Below are positions 9,467 through 20,532 of a stretch of DNA of 64,000 bases, in pieces. Numbering within the stretch: position 1 is the stretch's first letter; every line of letters begins with the position of its first letter. The position numbers were made by a program, and so were the translations under genes. This DNA comes from an uncultured Acidobacteriota bacterium (GTDB lineage: Bacteria; Acidobacteriota; Thermoanaerobaculia; UBA5066). The stretch covers positions 1,088,001 to 1,152,000 of the forward strand of contig CAVZYA010000001.1 of assembly GCA_963779415.1 (NCBI GenBank), read 5' to 3'. The notes below the pieces were generated by a model that saw nothing but the letters and a program-made list of their open reading frames with translations, was not told the origin of the DNA and ran no database searches.

Positions 9467-11995
9467 CTAGAACGTGCTTCCGATGGTGAAGGTGAAGCTG
9501 GACTTCTGGTCCGAGCCGTTGCTGATCGGCTGGAAGCGCTGGTCGAGAGTCGTCACGGGGTTCAGCTTGATGGCATAGATGAAGCGGAGAGGGGCCTGGA
9601 AGATCGGGAGGAGAATCCGCGCCTCGAGGCCGTACGTCGCCCTCAGGTGGAGCGGCGTGAAGGCCTGCGTCTCGATCCAGGTGTTCCCCGCGTCGAAGAA
9701 AGCGGCGATCTTCAGGGGCCCGGCGATCGCGTGAACGTACTCGAAGTTGACGTAGTAGAACTTGTCCCCGCCGAGGAGGGCGCCGTCCGAGTCGAAGTAC
9801 GCCTGGTTCTTGTCGTTCAGCGGGATGATCGCTCCGAAGTCGTAGCCGCGGACGGAGCGGTCCCCGCCGAGCCGGAACCGATCGAAGATCGGAATGGCGT
9901 TCTGGTCGTAGGGCCGGATCCAGGAGCCTTCGATGTTGAACGCGAGATTCGACGAGCGGTCCAGCGGGATGTACCAGGTGAACGAGGCCGAGGGCCTGAA
10001 GTACGAATAGTTTCCGCCGAGCGGCCCGCCCGCCCAGGTCACGCTGAAGCCGTACCGTTTGCCGCGCGTCGCGTCGAACGGGTCGTTGCGGCTGTCGTAG
10101 CGGTAACCCGGCGTGAACGCCGACTCCGTTCCTGAGAACGTCGCGTAGGCGTTCGGGGCCAGGCCCGCTCCCGGGGGCGCCGGCGGCGGGTAGACGAGGT
10201 ACTGGCTGTTCGTGTCGTTGAAGCCGTAGGCGAAAGTGACGGAGTCCCAGAGGCCGAGGCCGATGCCGAGCGAGGCGCTCACCCCCTTCGTCTTCTGGTT
10301 CACGTCGAGGTACTCGACGCCCCGGTTGAAGACGGAGCCGCCGATCGACATCCGCTGGTCCATGAAATACGGCTCGGTGAAGGAGAGGTCGAGGAAGTTG
10401 GAGGTGGACCCCTTCTGGAACTGGACGCCGAGGATGTCGCCCCGGCCGAGGAAGTTCCGCGTGTTGAACTGGAACTGGCCGAAGAGTCCGTCGAGCTGCG
10501 AGTAGCCCGCCCCGAACTGGACCTCGTTGCGGTTCGTGTCGTTCCCCTTCACCGTGACGTCCACGGTCTTCAGATCGGGGTTGACGCGGAACTCGGGGTC
10601 TTCCTCGATCTTGAAGTAGCCGAGCTGGTTGACCTTCAGGAGCCCCTTCTTGAAGATCTCCATGTTCATCACGTCGCCCTCGAAGAGGGGTAGCTCGCGA
10701 CGAAGCACCTTGTCACGCGTCGTCTTGTTCCCCGAGAACTCGACGCGTCCCAGCCGGTACTGGTCCCCTTCCGTGATCCGGACCGTCACGTCCACGATGT
10801 GATTCGGCTTCTCCGTGAACTCCGGGTTTATGAACGCGTAGATGTAGCCGCGCCCCTGGTAGGCCTCGTTGAGGGTCTTGATTCCGTCCTCGAGGATCGT
10901 GCGCGAGAGGGGCTTCCCCGGCGTGTAGACGAAGAGCTTCTCGAGGTTGGCGCCGGGAAAGACGGTCGACCCTTCGACCTTCAGGGTCCCGAAGAAGAAG
11001 AGATCCCCCTCGACGATGGGGATCGTGACCCGGAGGCGGCGCTTGATCTTGTCGCGGAGCTTCTCCTTCGGGTTCACGACGTAGGTCTCGAGGATCGGAT
11101 CCTTGATGACGACGTTCTTGTAGCCCTTCCCCTGGTAGAGCTTCCGGAGGCTGTCCATGTCCTCGTCGAAGTTCGCCTGGTTGTAGACGGACTTGGAGTC
11201 GTAGAAGCGCCACCAGTGGTCGGTCGCCGTCTTCTTCATCGCGTTGCGGAGCGTCTGCTGGCCGAAGACCGTGTTGCCCGTGAAGTGGATCTGCTCGATC
11301 TTCAGCTTGTCGCCTTCGTCGATGAGGAAGACGATCCGCTTGGCGTTCTCGCCGGCCGGCTCGGTCGTCGCCTCGACGGCGACGGAGCGGAAGCCTTCCG
11401 CCTTGTAGGCGTCGGCGAGGACCGACTTGGCCTTGGAGATCTCGCGCAGGGAGATCGGCGAGCCGACCTTGATCTCCGCCTTCCCCTCCTTGAGCTTGTC
11501 CTTGAGCTGGGAGGTCGTCAGCTTCTTGTTCCCGCGAAACTCGAGGTCCGCGACGGTCGGCCGCTCGACGAAGACCGCGATGACCTTCACGCCGCCGGGA
11601 ACGTCCTCCTTTTCGAGCGACAGATCCTCGAAGAGGCCCGAGTCCCAGAGGCGTCCGAAGTTCCGGCGGAGGAGGGTCGGGTCATACGGGTCCCCGACCT
11701 TGACGCCGAGGTAGAAGCCGATCGTCTCCGGCGTGACCGTCTTTCCCCCCTTCGCGGCGATCTCGACGATCTTCGGCCCCGCCGCCGGTTCCGCCCGGGA
11801 TGTCCCGAGAACGGGCGCCGGCACGGCGCCCGAGAGCGGCGAAGGGGGCGGCGTCGGTGCGAGCGACGGGGGCGGCTGCTGCGCCCGGAGCGGAGAGGCG
11901 AGCGCGAGGAAGAGCGTGGCGAGAACCGCCCCCCCGCCGGAGCGTGGCCGGACGGGCCCGCCCGCACGCGAGATGGGCACTCCGAAGCCCCTCAC
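9467..11995 (-). CDS. bamA: Outer membrane protein assembly factor BamA (start uncertain; GTG 11995 chosen)
   Basis: Five POTRA-like repeats, RNFLGRG, SFTEPY, VRGY loop, C-terminal FTFTIGSTF. Confidence 0.93.
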   Translation of the reverse strand: MRGFGVPISRAGGPVRPRSGGGAVLATLFLALASPLRAQQPPPSLAPTPPPSPLSGAVPAPVLGTSRAEPAAGPKIVEIAAKGGKTVTPETIGFYLGVKVGDPYDPTLLRRNFGRLWDSGLFEDLSLEKEDVPGGVKVIAVFVERPTVADLEFRGNKKLTTSQLKDKLKEGKAEIKVGSPISLREISKAKSVLADAYKAEGFRSVAVEATTEPAGENAKRIVFLIDEGDKLKIEQIHFTGNTVFGQQTLRNAMKKTATDHWWRFYDSKSVYNQANFDEDMDSLRKLYQGKGYKNVVIKDPILETYVVNPKEKLRDKIKRRLRVTIPIVEGDLFFFGTLKVEGSTVFPGANLEKLFVYTPGKPLSRTILEDGIKTLNEAYQGRGYIYAFINPEFTEKPNHIVDVTVRITEGDQYRLGRVEFSGNKTTRDKVLRRELPLFEGDVMNMEIFKKGLLKVNQLGYFKIEEDPEFRVNPDLKTVDVTVKGNDTNRNEVQFGAGYSQLDGLFGQFQFNTRNFLGRGDILGVQFQKGSTSNFLDLSFTEPYFMDQRMSIGGSVFNRGVEYLDVNQKTKGVSASLGIGLGLWDSVTFAYGFNDTNSQYLVYPPPAPPGAGLAPNAYATFSGTESAFTPGYRYDSRNDPFDATRGKRYGFSVTWAGGPLGGNYSYFRPSASFTWYIPLDRSSNLAFNIEGSWIRPYDQNAIPIFDRFRLGGDRSVRGYDFGAIIPLNDKNQAYFDSDGALLGGDKFYYVNFEYVHAIAGPLKIAAFFDAGNTWIETQAFTPLHLRATYGLEARILLPIFQAPLRFIYAIKLNPVTTLDQRFQPISNGSDQKSSFTFTIGSTF

Positions 11996-12000
11996 CCCGG

Positions 12001-14427
12001 TTACCGGCCCGTCTCCACCGGCTCGGCCACGCGGGTCCGGACCCGGAGCTCGTCCCCTTCTACGGTCACTTCGACGCATTCGATCGGTACCGCGGACGAG
12101 ATGAGCAATTCCGAGACCGCATCCTCGACGTGACGCTGGATCGTCCGGCGGAGAGGCCTCGCCCCCGAGTGGACGTCGTGGCCCGACGCCTTCAGGAGCC
12201 AGTCCACGGCCGCTTCGTCCGCGACGAGAGAGAGGCCCCGGTGCTTCAGAGTCGCGGCCACGTCGTCGAGGAGGAGCCTTCCGATCGCGCGAAGGTCCTC
12301 GAGTCCGAGGGGGTTGAAGACGATGACCTCGTCGAGCCGGTTCGTGAACTCGGGCGAGAACTCCCGGCGCAGCTCCTTGAGAACGAGCTCCTCCACCTCA
12401 CGCCGCGCCATCGCCCCTTTCCCCTCGCCGAAGCCGACCTTCGCCTGCGTGACGAGGAACTTCGTCCCGAGGTTCGAGGTCATGATGATGAGGGTGTTCT
12501 TGAAGTCGACGACGTTTCCGTAGGCGTCGGTGAGCTGGCCGTCCTCGAGGATCTGAAGGAGGAGGTTCGCGATGTCGGGGTGCGCCTTCTCGATCTCGTC
12601 GAGGAGGATGACCGAGTAGGGCTGGCGGCGGATCCGTTCCGTCATCTGCCCCCCCTCCTCGTGGCCGACGTAGCCCGGGGGCGAGCCGATGAGCTTGGAG
12701 ACCGCGTGCTTCTCCATGTACTCCGACATGTCGAAGCGGACGAGCGAGCGCGGGTTGTCGAAGAGGAACTCGGCGAGGCGCCGGGCGACCTCGGTCTTTC
12801 CGACCCCGGAAGGTCCGAGGAAGATGAAAGATCCGGTCGGCCGGTTCGGGTTCTTCACGCCGAGGCGCGAGCGCCGGATGGCGCGGCTGATCGCCTCGAT
12901 GGCGGCATCCTGCCCGATGACCCGCTTCTTCAGGGTCGTCTCCATCTGGCGGAGCTTCTGGGCTTCCTCCACGTGGAGAGACGTGACCGGTATCCCGGTC
13001 CAGCTGGAGATGATCTCCTCGACGTCCGCGCGGGTGACGTCGGCGGTCTCGCTCTCGTCCGTCGAGAGGGCCTTCGTCCGCTCCATCTCCTCCTTGATCT
13101 CGATCTCGCGCTCGCGAAGGAAGACGGCGCGCTCGAAGTCCTTCTCCGAGATCGCCTTCTTCATCTCCTTGACGATCTGCTTGACCTCGTTCTCCAGCCG
13201 CCGGAGGTTCTGCGTGTCGGCGGTCTTCCGGAGCTTCACTTTCGCGCCGGCCTCGTCGAGGATGTCGATCGCCTTGTCCGGGAAGAAGCGGTCGGGAATG
13301 TAGCGGTTCGCCTGGTAGACCGCCGTCTTGATCGCCTCGTCGGTGTATCTCACCCGGTGGAACTTCTCGTAGCGCTCCCGGACACCGTCCAGGATCTGCA
13401 GCGTCTCCGCCTCGCTCGGCGGGGCGACCATGATCGCCTGGAAGCGGCGGAGGAGCGAGCGGTCCTTCTCGATGTACTTCCGGTACTCCTTGAGAGTCGT
13501 CGCCCCGATACAGGAGATCTCGCCGCGCGACAGGGCGGGCTTGAGGATGTTCGCCGCGTCGAGCGACCCCTCGGCCGAGCCGGCGCCGATCAGGGAGTGG
13601 ATCTCGTCGATGAAGACGATGAGGTCCTGGTTCTCCTTCAGCTCCTTGAGAATCCCCTTCAGCCGCTCCTCGAACTGGCCGCGGTACTTCGTCCCCGCCA
13701 CGATGAGCGAGAGGTCGAGGGCGAGGATCTTCCGGTTCGCGAGAAAGAGGGGGACGCTCCCTTCGACGATCCGCTGCGCGAGCCCCTCCACGATGGCCGT
13801 CTTCCCCACGCCCGGCTCGCCGAGGAGGATCGGGTTGTTCTTGGTCCGGCGCGAGAGGATCTGGATGATCCGCTCGACCTCCACCTCGCGTCCGACGAGG
13901 GGGTCGAAGGAGCCCTGCGCGGCGAGAGCCGTCAGGTCGCGTGCGTACTCGGCGAGGAACGGAAGCTCCTTCTTCTGCTTCGACGCCTCGCGCTCCTTGA
14001 TGAGCGAGATCGTCTCCTCGCGCACCCCGTAGAGGTTGAAGCCGTGGGAGACGAGGATCCGGCTCGCGACGGACGGGTCGACGCGGAGGATCCCGATCAG
14101 GAGGTGCTCCGTGCCGACGTAGGGGTGCATCATCGACTCCGCCTCGTGGGAGGCGTAGGCGAGGATCTTCTTCGACTCCTCGGAGAGCGGAAGCTCCTGC
14201 GTCGAGGAGACCCGCTCCACGAAGACTCGATCCCCCTCGATCTCCCGACGGATGTCTTCGGGCTTGACGCTGAAGCGGGAAAAGATCTCCTTGACGACCT
14301 CTTCCCCCTCCCGAAGGATGCCGAGGAGGATGTGCTCGGACTCGATGACCTTCGAGCCGAGTTTCGACGACTCGTAGCGGGCGAAGAAGAGGGCGCGGCG
14401 CGCCTTTTCGTTGTACTTTTCGAACAT
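12001..14427 (-). CDS. clpC: ATP-dependent Clp protease ATPase, ClpC type
   Basis: Starts MFEKYNEKARRALFFARYE. Two AAA+ modules (GEPGVGKT, GPSGVGKT) and a UVR-like middle segment. Confidence 0.93.
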   Translation of the reverse strand: MFEKYNEKARRALFFARYESSKLGSKVIESEHILLGILREGEEVVKEIFSRFSVKPEDIRREIEGDRVFVERVSSTQELPLSEESKKILAYASHEAESMMHPYVGTEHLLIGILRVDPSVASRILVSHGFNLYGVREETISLIKEREASKQKKELPFLAEYARDLTALAAQGSFDPLVGREVEVERIIQILSRRTKNNPILLGEPGVGKTAIVEGLAQRIVEGSVPLFLANRKILALDLSLIVAGTKYRGQFEERLKGILKELKENQDLIVFIDEIHSLIGAGSAEGSLDAANILKPALSRGEISCIGATTLKEYRKYIEKDRSLLRRFQAIMVAPPSEAETLQILDGVRERYEKFHRVRYTDEAIKTAVYQANRYIPDRFFPDKAIDILDEAGAKVKLRKTADTQNLRRLENEVKQIVKEMKKAISEKDFERAVFLREREIEIKEEMERTKALSTDESETADVTRADVEEIISSWTGIPVTSLHVEEAQKLRQMETTLKKRVIGQDAAIEAISRAIRRSRLGVKNPNRPTGSFIFLGPSGVGKTEVARRLAEFLFDNPRSLVRFDMSEYMEKHAVSKLIGSPPGYVGHEEGGQMTERIRRQPYSVILLDEIEKAHPDIANLLLQILEDGQLTDAYGNVVDFKNTLIIMTSNLGTKFLVTQAKVGFGEGKGAMARREVEELVLKELRREFSPEFTNRLDEVIVFNPLGLEDLRAIGRLLLDDVAATLKHRGLSLVADEAAVDWLLKASGHDVHSGARPLRRTIQRHVEDAVSELLISSAVPIECVEVTVEGDELRVRTRVAEPVETGR

Positions 14428-14429
14428 CG

Positions 14430-15116
14430 TCAGTCGCCGGCCAACCCGTTCGGGGTCAACAATTTCATCGTAGCACAGCGCTTCGCCCACTCCGGGTCGT
14501 GCGTGACGATGACAGCGGCCCCGGCCCGCTCCCTGGCGACCTCCATGAGGAGCCCGAAAACGGAGGCCGCGTGCGCCGCGTCGAGGCTTCCGGTCGGCTC
14601 GTCGCAGAGGAGGAGCCGTGGACGCCGGACGACCGCCCTCGCAATGGCGACGCGCTGGCGCTCGCCGCCGGAGAGGGTCCGCGGGAAGGAGGCCGCCCGC
14701 GCGGCGAGGCCGACCCGATCGAGGACCTCGCGGGCCGCCATCCGGGCCTCGGCCTCGGCCATCCCCGCGAGGAAGAGCGGGAGAGCCGCGTTCTCTTCCG
14801 CCGAAAGCTCCGGGAGGAGATGGTGAAACTGGAAGACGAAGCCGATCGCCTCGCCGCGGAGCACGGCCCGGCGCTCGGGCGTCAGGCCCGCCCACGCGTG
14901 GCCTCCGACCTCGACCGTCCCGGCGTCGGGCTCCTCGAGCCCGGCGAAGAGATGGAGGAGCGTCGACTTTCCGCAGCCCGAAGGCCCGGTCACGGCGACG
15001 AGGTCTCCGGAGCGCAGGTCGAGCGAGACGCCGTGGAAGATCTCGACGCGGGCCTCCCCGTCGCCGTACCCCTTCGAGAGGGAGCGCGCGGAGAGGAGGG
15101 GCGCCTCAGAGGCCAC
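14430..15116 (-). CDS. lolD: Lipoprotein-releasing ABC ATPase
   Basis: GPSGCGKS, FVFQFHHLL, LSGGERQRVAIARA, DEPTG; adjacent to a LolC/E permease. Confidence 0.85.
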   Translation of the reverse strand: MASEAPLLSARSLSKGYGDGEARVEIFHGVSLDLRSGDLVAVTGPSGCGKSTLLHLFAGLEEPDAGTVEVGGHAWAGLTPERRAVLRGEAIGFVFQFHHLLPELSAEENAALPLFLAGMAEAEARMAAREVLDRVGLAARAASFPRTLSGGERQRVAIARAVVRRPRLLLCDEPTGSLDAAHAASVFGLLMEVARERAGAAVIVTHDPEWAKRCATMKLLTPNGLAGD

Positions 15117-16247
15117 GGAGCGCCTCCGCGACGGGCCGCCGGGCGGCCATCCTCGCCGGAAGGGCCGCCACCGCGATCGACCAGAGGACCGACAGGACGA
15201 CGACGGCCAGAAGCTCGGACGGCTCGACCCGGAACGGGACGTGGGCGAGGGAGTAGAGCCGGGCGGGAAGCGGGATCGCCCGCGTCGCCTCGAGGACGAG
15301 GGCGGCCGCCGTACCGATCAGCGCCCCCGCGGCCGTCCCGAGAACGCCGACGCCGGCGCCCGCGGCGAGGAAGATCCGCGCGACCGTCCGCGGCGGCGCG
15401 CCGAGGACGGCCAGGATCGCCGCGTCGGAGGCCCGCGTCGCCGCGAGGACGGCCGAGGTCGCGGCGAGGTTGAGCCCGGCCACGATGACGATCAGGAAGA
15501 CCGTCGCGAAGAGAACCGTCCTCTCGAGCCTCAAGGCCAGGACGAGCGACCGGTTCGCGTCCTCCCAGGTCGCGACGGCGACGCCCGGGCCGAGCGCCGC
15601 CGCGACGGCCCGCGCCGCCCGGGCCGCGCCCTCCGGATCGGCGAGAGTGACCTCGTAGCCGCCCGCGCCCCCTTCCGGAATCGCGAAGAGGCGGCGGGCC
15701 GCCGCGAGAGGCACGATCGCCTCCGGCTCGCGCCGTCCGGTGGAGGAAGCGGTCACCCGCTCGATCGGCATCGAGACGGCGATCGGGACGGGTCCGAGCG
15801 GCGAGAGGCGCGTCCGCGACGAGACGACGGTCGCCTCGTCGCCGGCGACGGCGCCGAGCGGGCGCGCCTGCGAAAGCTCGAGGACGAGCCCCTTCGCGTC
15901 GCCGCGCCCCACCGCGGCCACGGGCGCGGTCCGCCCGGCCACGCTGACCCAGAGGCGCCCGCGCACCATCGGCGTGGCCGCCGTGACGCCGGGAATCGCC
16001 AGCAGCCGCTCCGCGAGACGCTCTTCGGCGCCGAAGGCGTCGCGCCCGGCCGGGGTGACCGTCAGGTGAGGCGTCTCCGCGAGGAGCCGCGAGCGGATGT
16101 GCGTCTGGAATCCGGAGAGGAGGGCGAGCGAGACGACGAGCGCGGCGACCCCGAGCGTCAGTCCCAGCAAGGCCGCGAGCGCCACGACCCCCACCTGCGC
16201 CTCCTTCCGGGAGGCGAGGAGGTAGCGCCGGGCGAGAAGCCTCGCGA

Positions 16248-16251
<4 letters not shown>
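15106..16251 (-). CDS. LolC/E-family ABC permease
   Basis: LARRYL N-terminus, TM1, periplasmic domain and FtsX-type C-terminal TM bundle; upstream of lolD. Confidence 0.85.
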
Positions 16252-17868
<1,617 letters not shown>

Positions 17869-17903
17869 CGCGCCGGATTAAAACACCGATGCCACTATCC
17901 CCC

Positions 17904-19526
17904 CTATCCCCCTAGTGCGTTATGCAGCAGCCAGAGCCCCGTATAGGCGCGGAGGTGCCGGAAGCGCGAGCGGGTGAGCTGCAGGTGGCGTTCGGAGTCG
18001 CCCCGGGCGCTGGCATCCATGAGCGCGGTCCGGAACCGCCAGTCGACGTCCTGCGCGTGCGCGAGGCACTTCGCCGCGACCGCGAGCGTCGAGGAGCTCG
18101 CGATCGCGGCGGACTGCGGGGCGAGAAGGCCCCGCAGCTCCGCGGCCTCCTCGTCCATCCGGAGACGAAGCGTCGCCGCGTTGAAGAGAAGCCGGGCCAG
18201 AGGATCGGGCTTCCGCGACGGTGTCTCGTCCCGGTGGGCGAGCGCGAGGGCGGCCTGCCACTCCCACGGCTCGAGCCGAAGCCTCTGGAGAGTCTCGCCC
18301 GAGGCGGCGCGTCCGGCTCCCGGACCGTGCCCCATCAGGTCGGCCGACTGGAGGATCTTCGACGCGGACCCGCGCGTCAGCTCGTCGTCTTCCGCGTTCC
18401 ACGCCGACTCGGGAGTGGTCCCGGCCGCGGCCGGCGCGACGGAACCCGGAACGGGAGTCTTCCCGGGGGTCGCTGGCCGCGCGGAAGCGATCGACCTTCC
18501 GGAGGCGCTCGACCCGAAGGTCATGTCGAAGTCGGCCGCCGAGGACGGCTCGACGAGAAGGAGGATCCGGTGGATCGCCTCTTTCAGCCGGCGCACCTCG
18601 CGAGGACGGACACCGCGCCGCCGCGCCTGCTTCTCGAACTCGTCCCGCTCGCGCCGGAACCTCCGGAAATCGGTCTCGAACTGCTCCGTCCGGTACCGGG
18701 GATCCCGCGACAGATCGGCCTCGAGGTCGAGGAGGTGCCGGGAGGTCGAAAGGATCCGCTCCTCCTCCTTCCGGTAGAGCGCCTGGAACTTCCGCTTGGC
18801 CGCCACGTTCGAGGCGAGGAGCGACTGCAGCACCTCGGCGCTGTAGAAGACGTTTCCCATCCGGCGCTTCAGCGTCCGGATGTTCTCGAGGGGCTTCTTG
18901 CGGATCAGGTCCTCGAAGCGCTCGCACACCTCGATGTCCTTCCGGAGGACCTCGAGGAGGGAGAGGACGAGCTGCACCTCCGCCGGATCGGCGGCGTCGC
19001 GCCGCGTGAGCGAGAGGAAGGTCGCGCAGAGGCTCGCCAGCTCTTCGGCGGGCTTCAGCTCGAGCCCGCCGTCCGGGAGGCGCCGCGTCCCGGCGCGCGT
19101 CAGGAGGAAGTCGACCTTGTCGAGGTCGTCGGGCGCGAGCTGCCGCGCGTAGAAGTAATACCTCAGCAGCGGGACGATCTCCGCCTCCGAATCCCGTCCC
19201 GACTTCTCGAAGAACTGCCGGAGAACGTGGGGCGCGACCTTCCGGTCCTCGAGGAGGAGCGCCGCGTGGAGGCCGTCCACGGCGACATCCAGCCGCTTGA
19301 CCTCGGCGAGCCGCGCGTCGGCCGGCGCCGTCTCGCGCGAGGCCTTCACCTTCTTGATCTCCTCGTAGATCGGCGGAAAGCTCGCCGCGACACCGGCCAC
19401 CTCGCCCGACGGAAGGACCGCCGACAGCTCCTGCAGGAACTGCTGGAAAACCCAGAGCGTACGGAACTTCTCCGTCAGGCGCTGGTAGGACGCGCGAAAC
19501 TCGGTTTCCGCTGCCGCGGGATCCAC
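17904..19526 (-). CDS. Hypothetical alpha-helical protein, 540 aa
   Basis: Protein-like composition; fills the gap between lysS and hpt; no motif recognised. Confidence 0.75.
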   Translation of the reverse strand: MDPAAAETEFRASYQRLTEKFRTLWVFQQFLQELSAVLPSGEVAGVAASFPPIYEEIKKVKASRETAPADARLAEVKRLDVAVDGLHAALLLEDRKVAPHVLRQFFEKSGRDSEAEIVPLLRYYFYARQLAPDDLDKVDFLLTRAGTRRLPDGGLELKPAEELASLCATFLSLTRRDAADPAEVQLVLSLLEVLRKDIEVCERFEDLIRKKPLENIRTLKRRMGNVFYSAEVLQSLLASNVAAKRKFQALYRKEEERILSTSRHLLDLEADLSRDPRYRTEQFETDFRRFRRERDEFEKQARRRGVRPREVRRLKEAIHRILLLVEPSSAADFDMTFGSSASGRSIASARPATPGKTPVPGSVAPAAAGTTPESAWNAEDDELTRGSASKILQSADLMGHGPGAGRAASGETLQRLRLEPWEWQAALALAHRDETPSRKPDPLARLLFNAATLRLRMDEEAAELRGLLAPQSAAIASSSTLAVAAKCLAHAQDVDWRFRTALMDASARGDSERHLQLTRSRFRHLRAYTGLWLLHNALGG

Positions 19527-19544
19527 GGCTTAGAATTATGCCTC

Positions 19545-20063
19545 GTGATCGACCGTGTTCTCCTAGATGAGGCAAAGATCGCCGCGCGCCTCGACTCCCT
19601 GGCGGGCGAGATCGACGCCGCCTATGCCGGGGGGGAGATCCGGGCGGTCGGCATCCTGAAGGGCTCCGTCTTCTTTCTCACGGACCTCCTGAAGCGCCTG
19701 CGGAGCCCTGTGAGCCTGGACTTCATCCAGGTCCGGTCGTACGCGGGGACCGAATCGTCGGGGAACATCCAGCTCGTCCACGACCTCTCGATGGACATCG
19801 AAGGGAAGGACGTCCTCCTCTTCGAGGACGTCGTGGACACCGGCCGGACGCTCCGGCGGATGATGGAGATTCTCTCGGCGCGCCACCCGCGCTCTCTCCG
19901 GATCGCCGCCCTCATGAAGAAGAAGCTCCCGGAGAACAGGGATCTCCCGGTCGACTATCTCGGCTTCACGATCGGGGCCGAATTCGTCGTCGGCTACGGA
20001 CTCGACCTCGACGAGAAGTATCGCAACCTCCCTTACGTGGCCGTCTGGAATCCGCATTCATGA
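19545..20063 (+). CDS. hpt: Hypoxanthine phosphoribosyltransferase
   Basis: GILKGS, VLLFEDVVDTGRTL, FVVGYGLD and YRNLPY; in-frame GTG at 19545. Confidence 0.95.
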   Translation: MIDRVLLDEAKIAARLDSLAGEIDAAYAGGEIRAVGILKGSVFFLTDLLKRLRSPVSLDFIQVRSYAGTESSGNIQLVHDLSMDIEGKDVLLFEDVVDTGRTLRRMMEILSARHPRSLRIAALMKKKLPENRDLPVDYLGFTIGAEFVVGYGLDLDEKYRNLPYVAVWNPHS

Positions 20064-20065
20064 TC

Positions 20066-20100
20066 CCGGGGGAACCCGCGTCGGGTTCCCCCGGACCCCC
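20066..20100 (+). repeat. REP-like hairpin repeat, copy A
   Basis: CCGGGGGAACCCG-CGT-CGGGTTCCCCCGG (13-bp stem) followed by ACCCCC. Confidence 0.7.
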
Positions 20101-20145
20101 TCCTCACGCCACTCCTCCTCATCACGCATCCGGGAGCGCCTGAAC

Positions 20146-20529
20146 ATGAAGCTCGAGACCATCGCAGTCCCCGATGCCCCGAAAGCCATCGGCCCTTACG
20201 CGCAGGCCGTGAAGGTCGGGAACCTCCTCTACACCGCCGGCCAGATCCCGCTCGACCCCGCGACGATGAAGCTCGTCGAGGGAGAGATCGCCGTGCAGAC
20301 GGCGCGCGTTCTCTCGAACCTCGAGGCGATCCTCCGGGGCGCCGGCGCCACCCTCGCCGACGTCGTCAAGACGACGGTCTTCCTCGCCGACATGAAGGAC
20401 TTCGCGGCGATGAACGAGGTCTACGCCGCGCGCTTCGGAGCGCACCGGCCGGCGCGGTCGACCGTGCAGGTCGCCGCGCTTCCGGCCGGCGCGAGGATCG
20501 AGATCGAGGTCGTCGCGAGCGTCCGCTAG
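20146..20529 (+). CDS. ridA: RidA/YjgF-family enamine deaminase
   Basis: APKAIGPYAQA, AGQIPLDP, VVKTTVFL, PARSTV, IEIE. Confidence 0.92.
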   Translation: MKLETIAVPDAPKAIGPYAQAVKVGNLLYTAGQIPLDPATMKLVEGEIAVQTARVLSNLEAILRGAGATLADVVKTTVFLADMKDFAAMNEVYAARFGAHRPARSTVQVAALPAGARIEIEVVASVR

Positions 20530-20532
20530 CCC

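Noticed and set aside
11800-14826. 1008-aa plus-strand ORF and many other long antisense or alternate-frame ORFs (e.g. 25906..28668, 52899..55736, 10799..12133)
   Set aside because: They are shadows of recognisable genes. Stops are rare at this GC content, and the translations are Arg/Pro/Gly-rich with no motifs.
17895-17913. GGGGGATAG duplicated at the end of the 540-aa gene
   Set aside because: A 9-bp micro-duplication around a stop codon, too short to support a function.
17922-20063. Long N-terminal extensions on hpt, and likewise on lpxA, fabZ, clpC, macB, asnS, the cyclase, the phosphatase and trpCF
   Set aside because: The ORF caller took the most upstream start; family homology begins at the downstream starts listed in the features.
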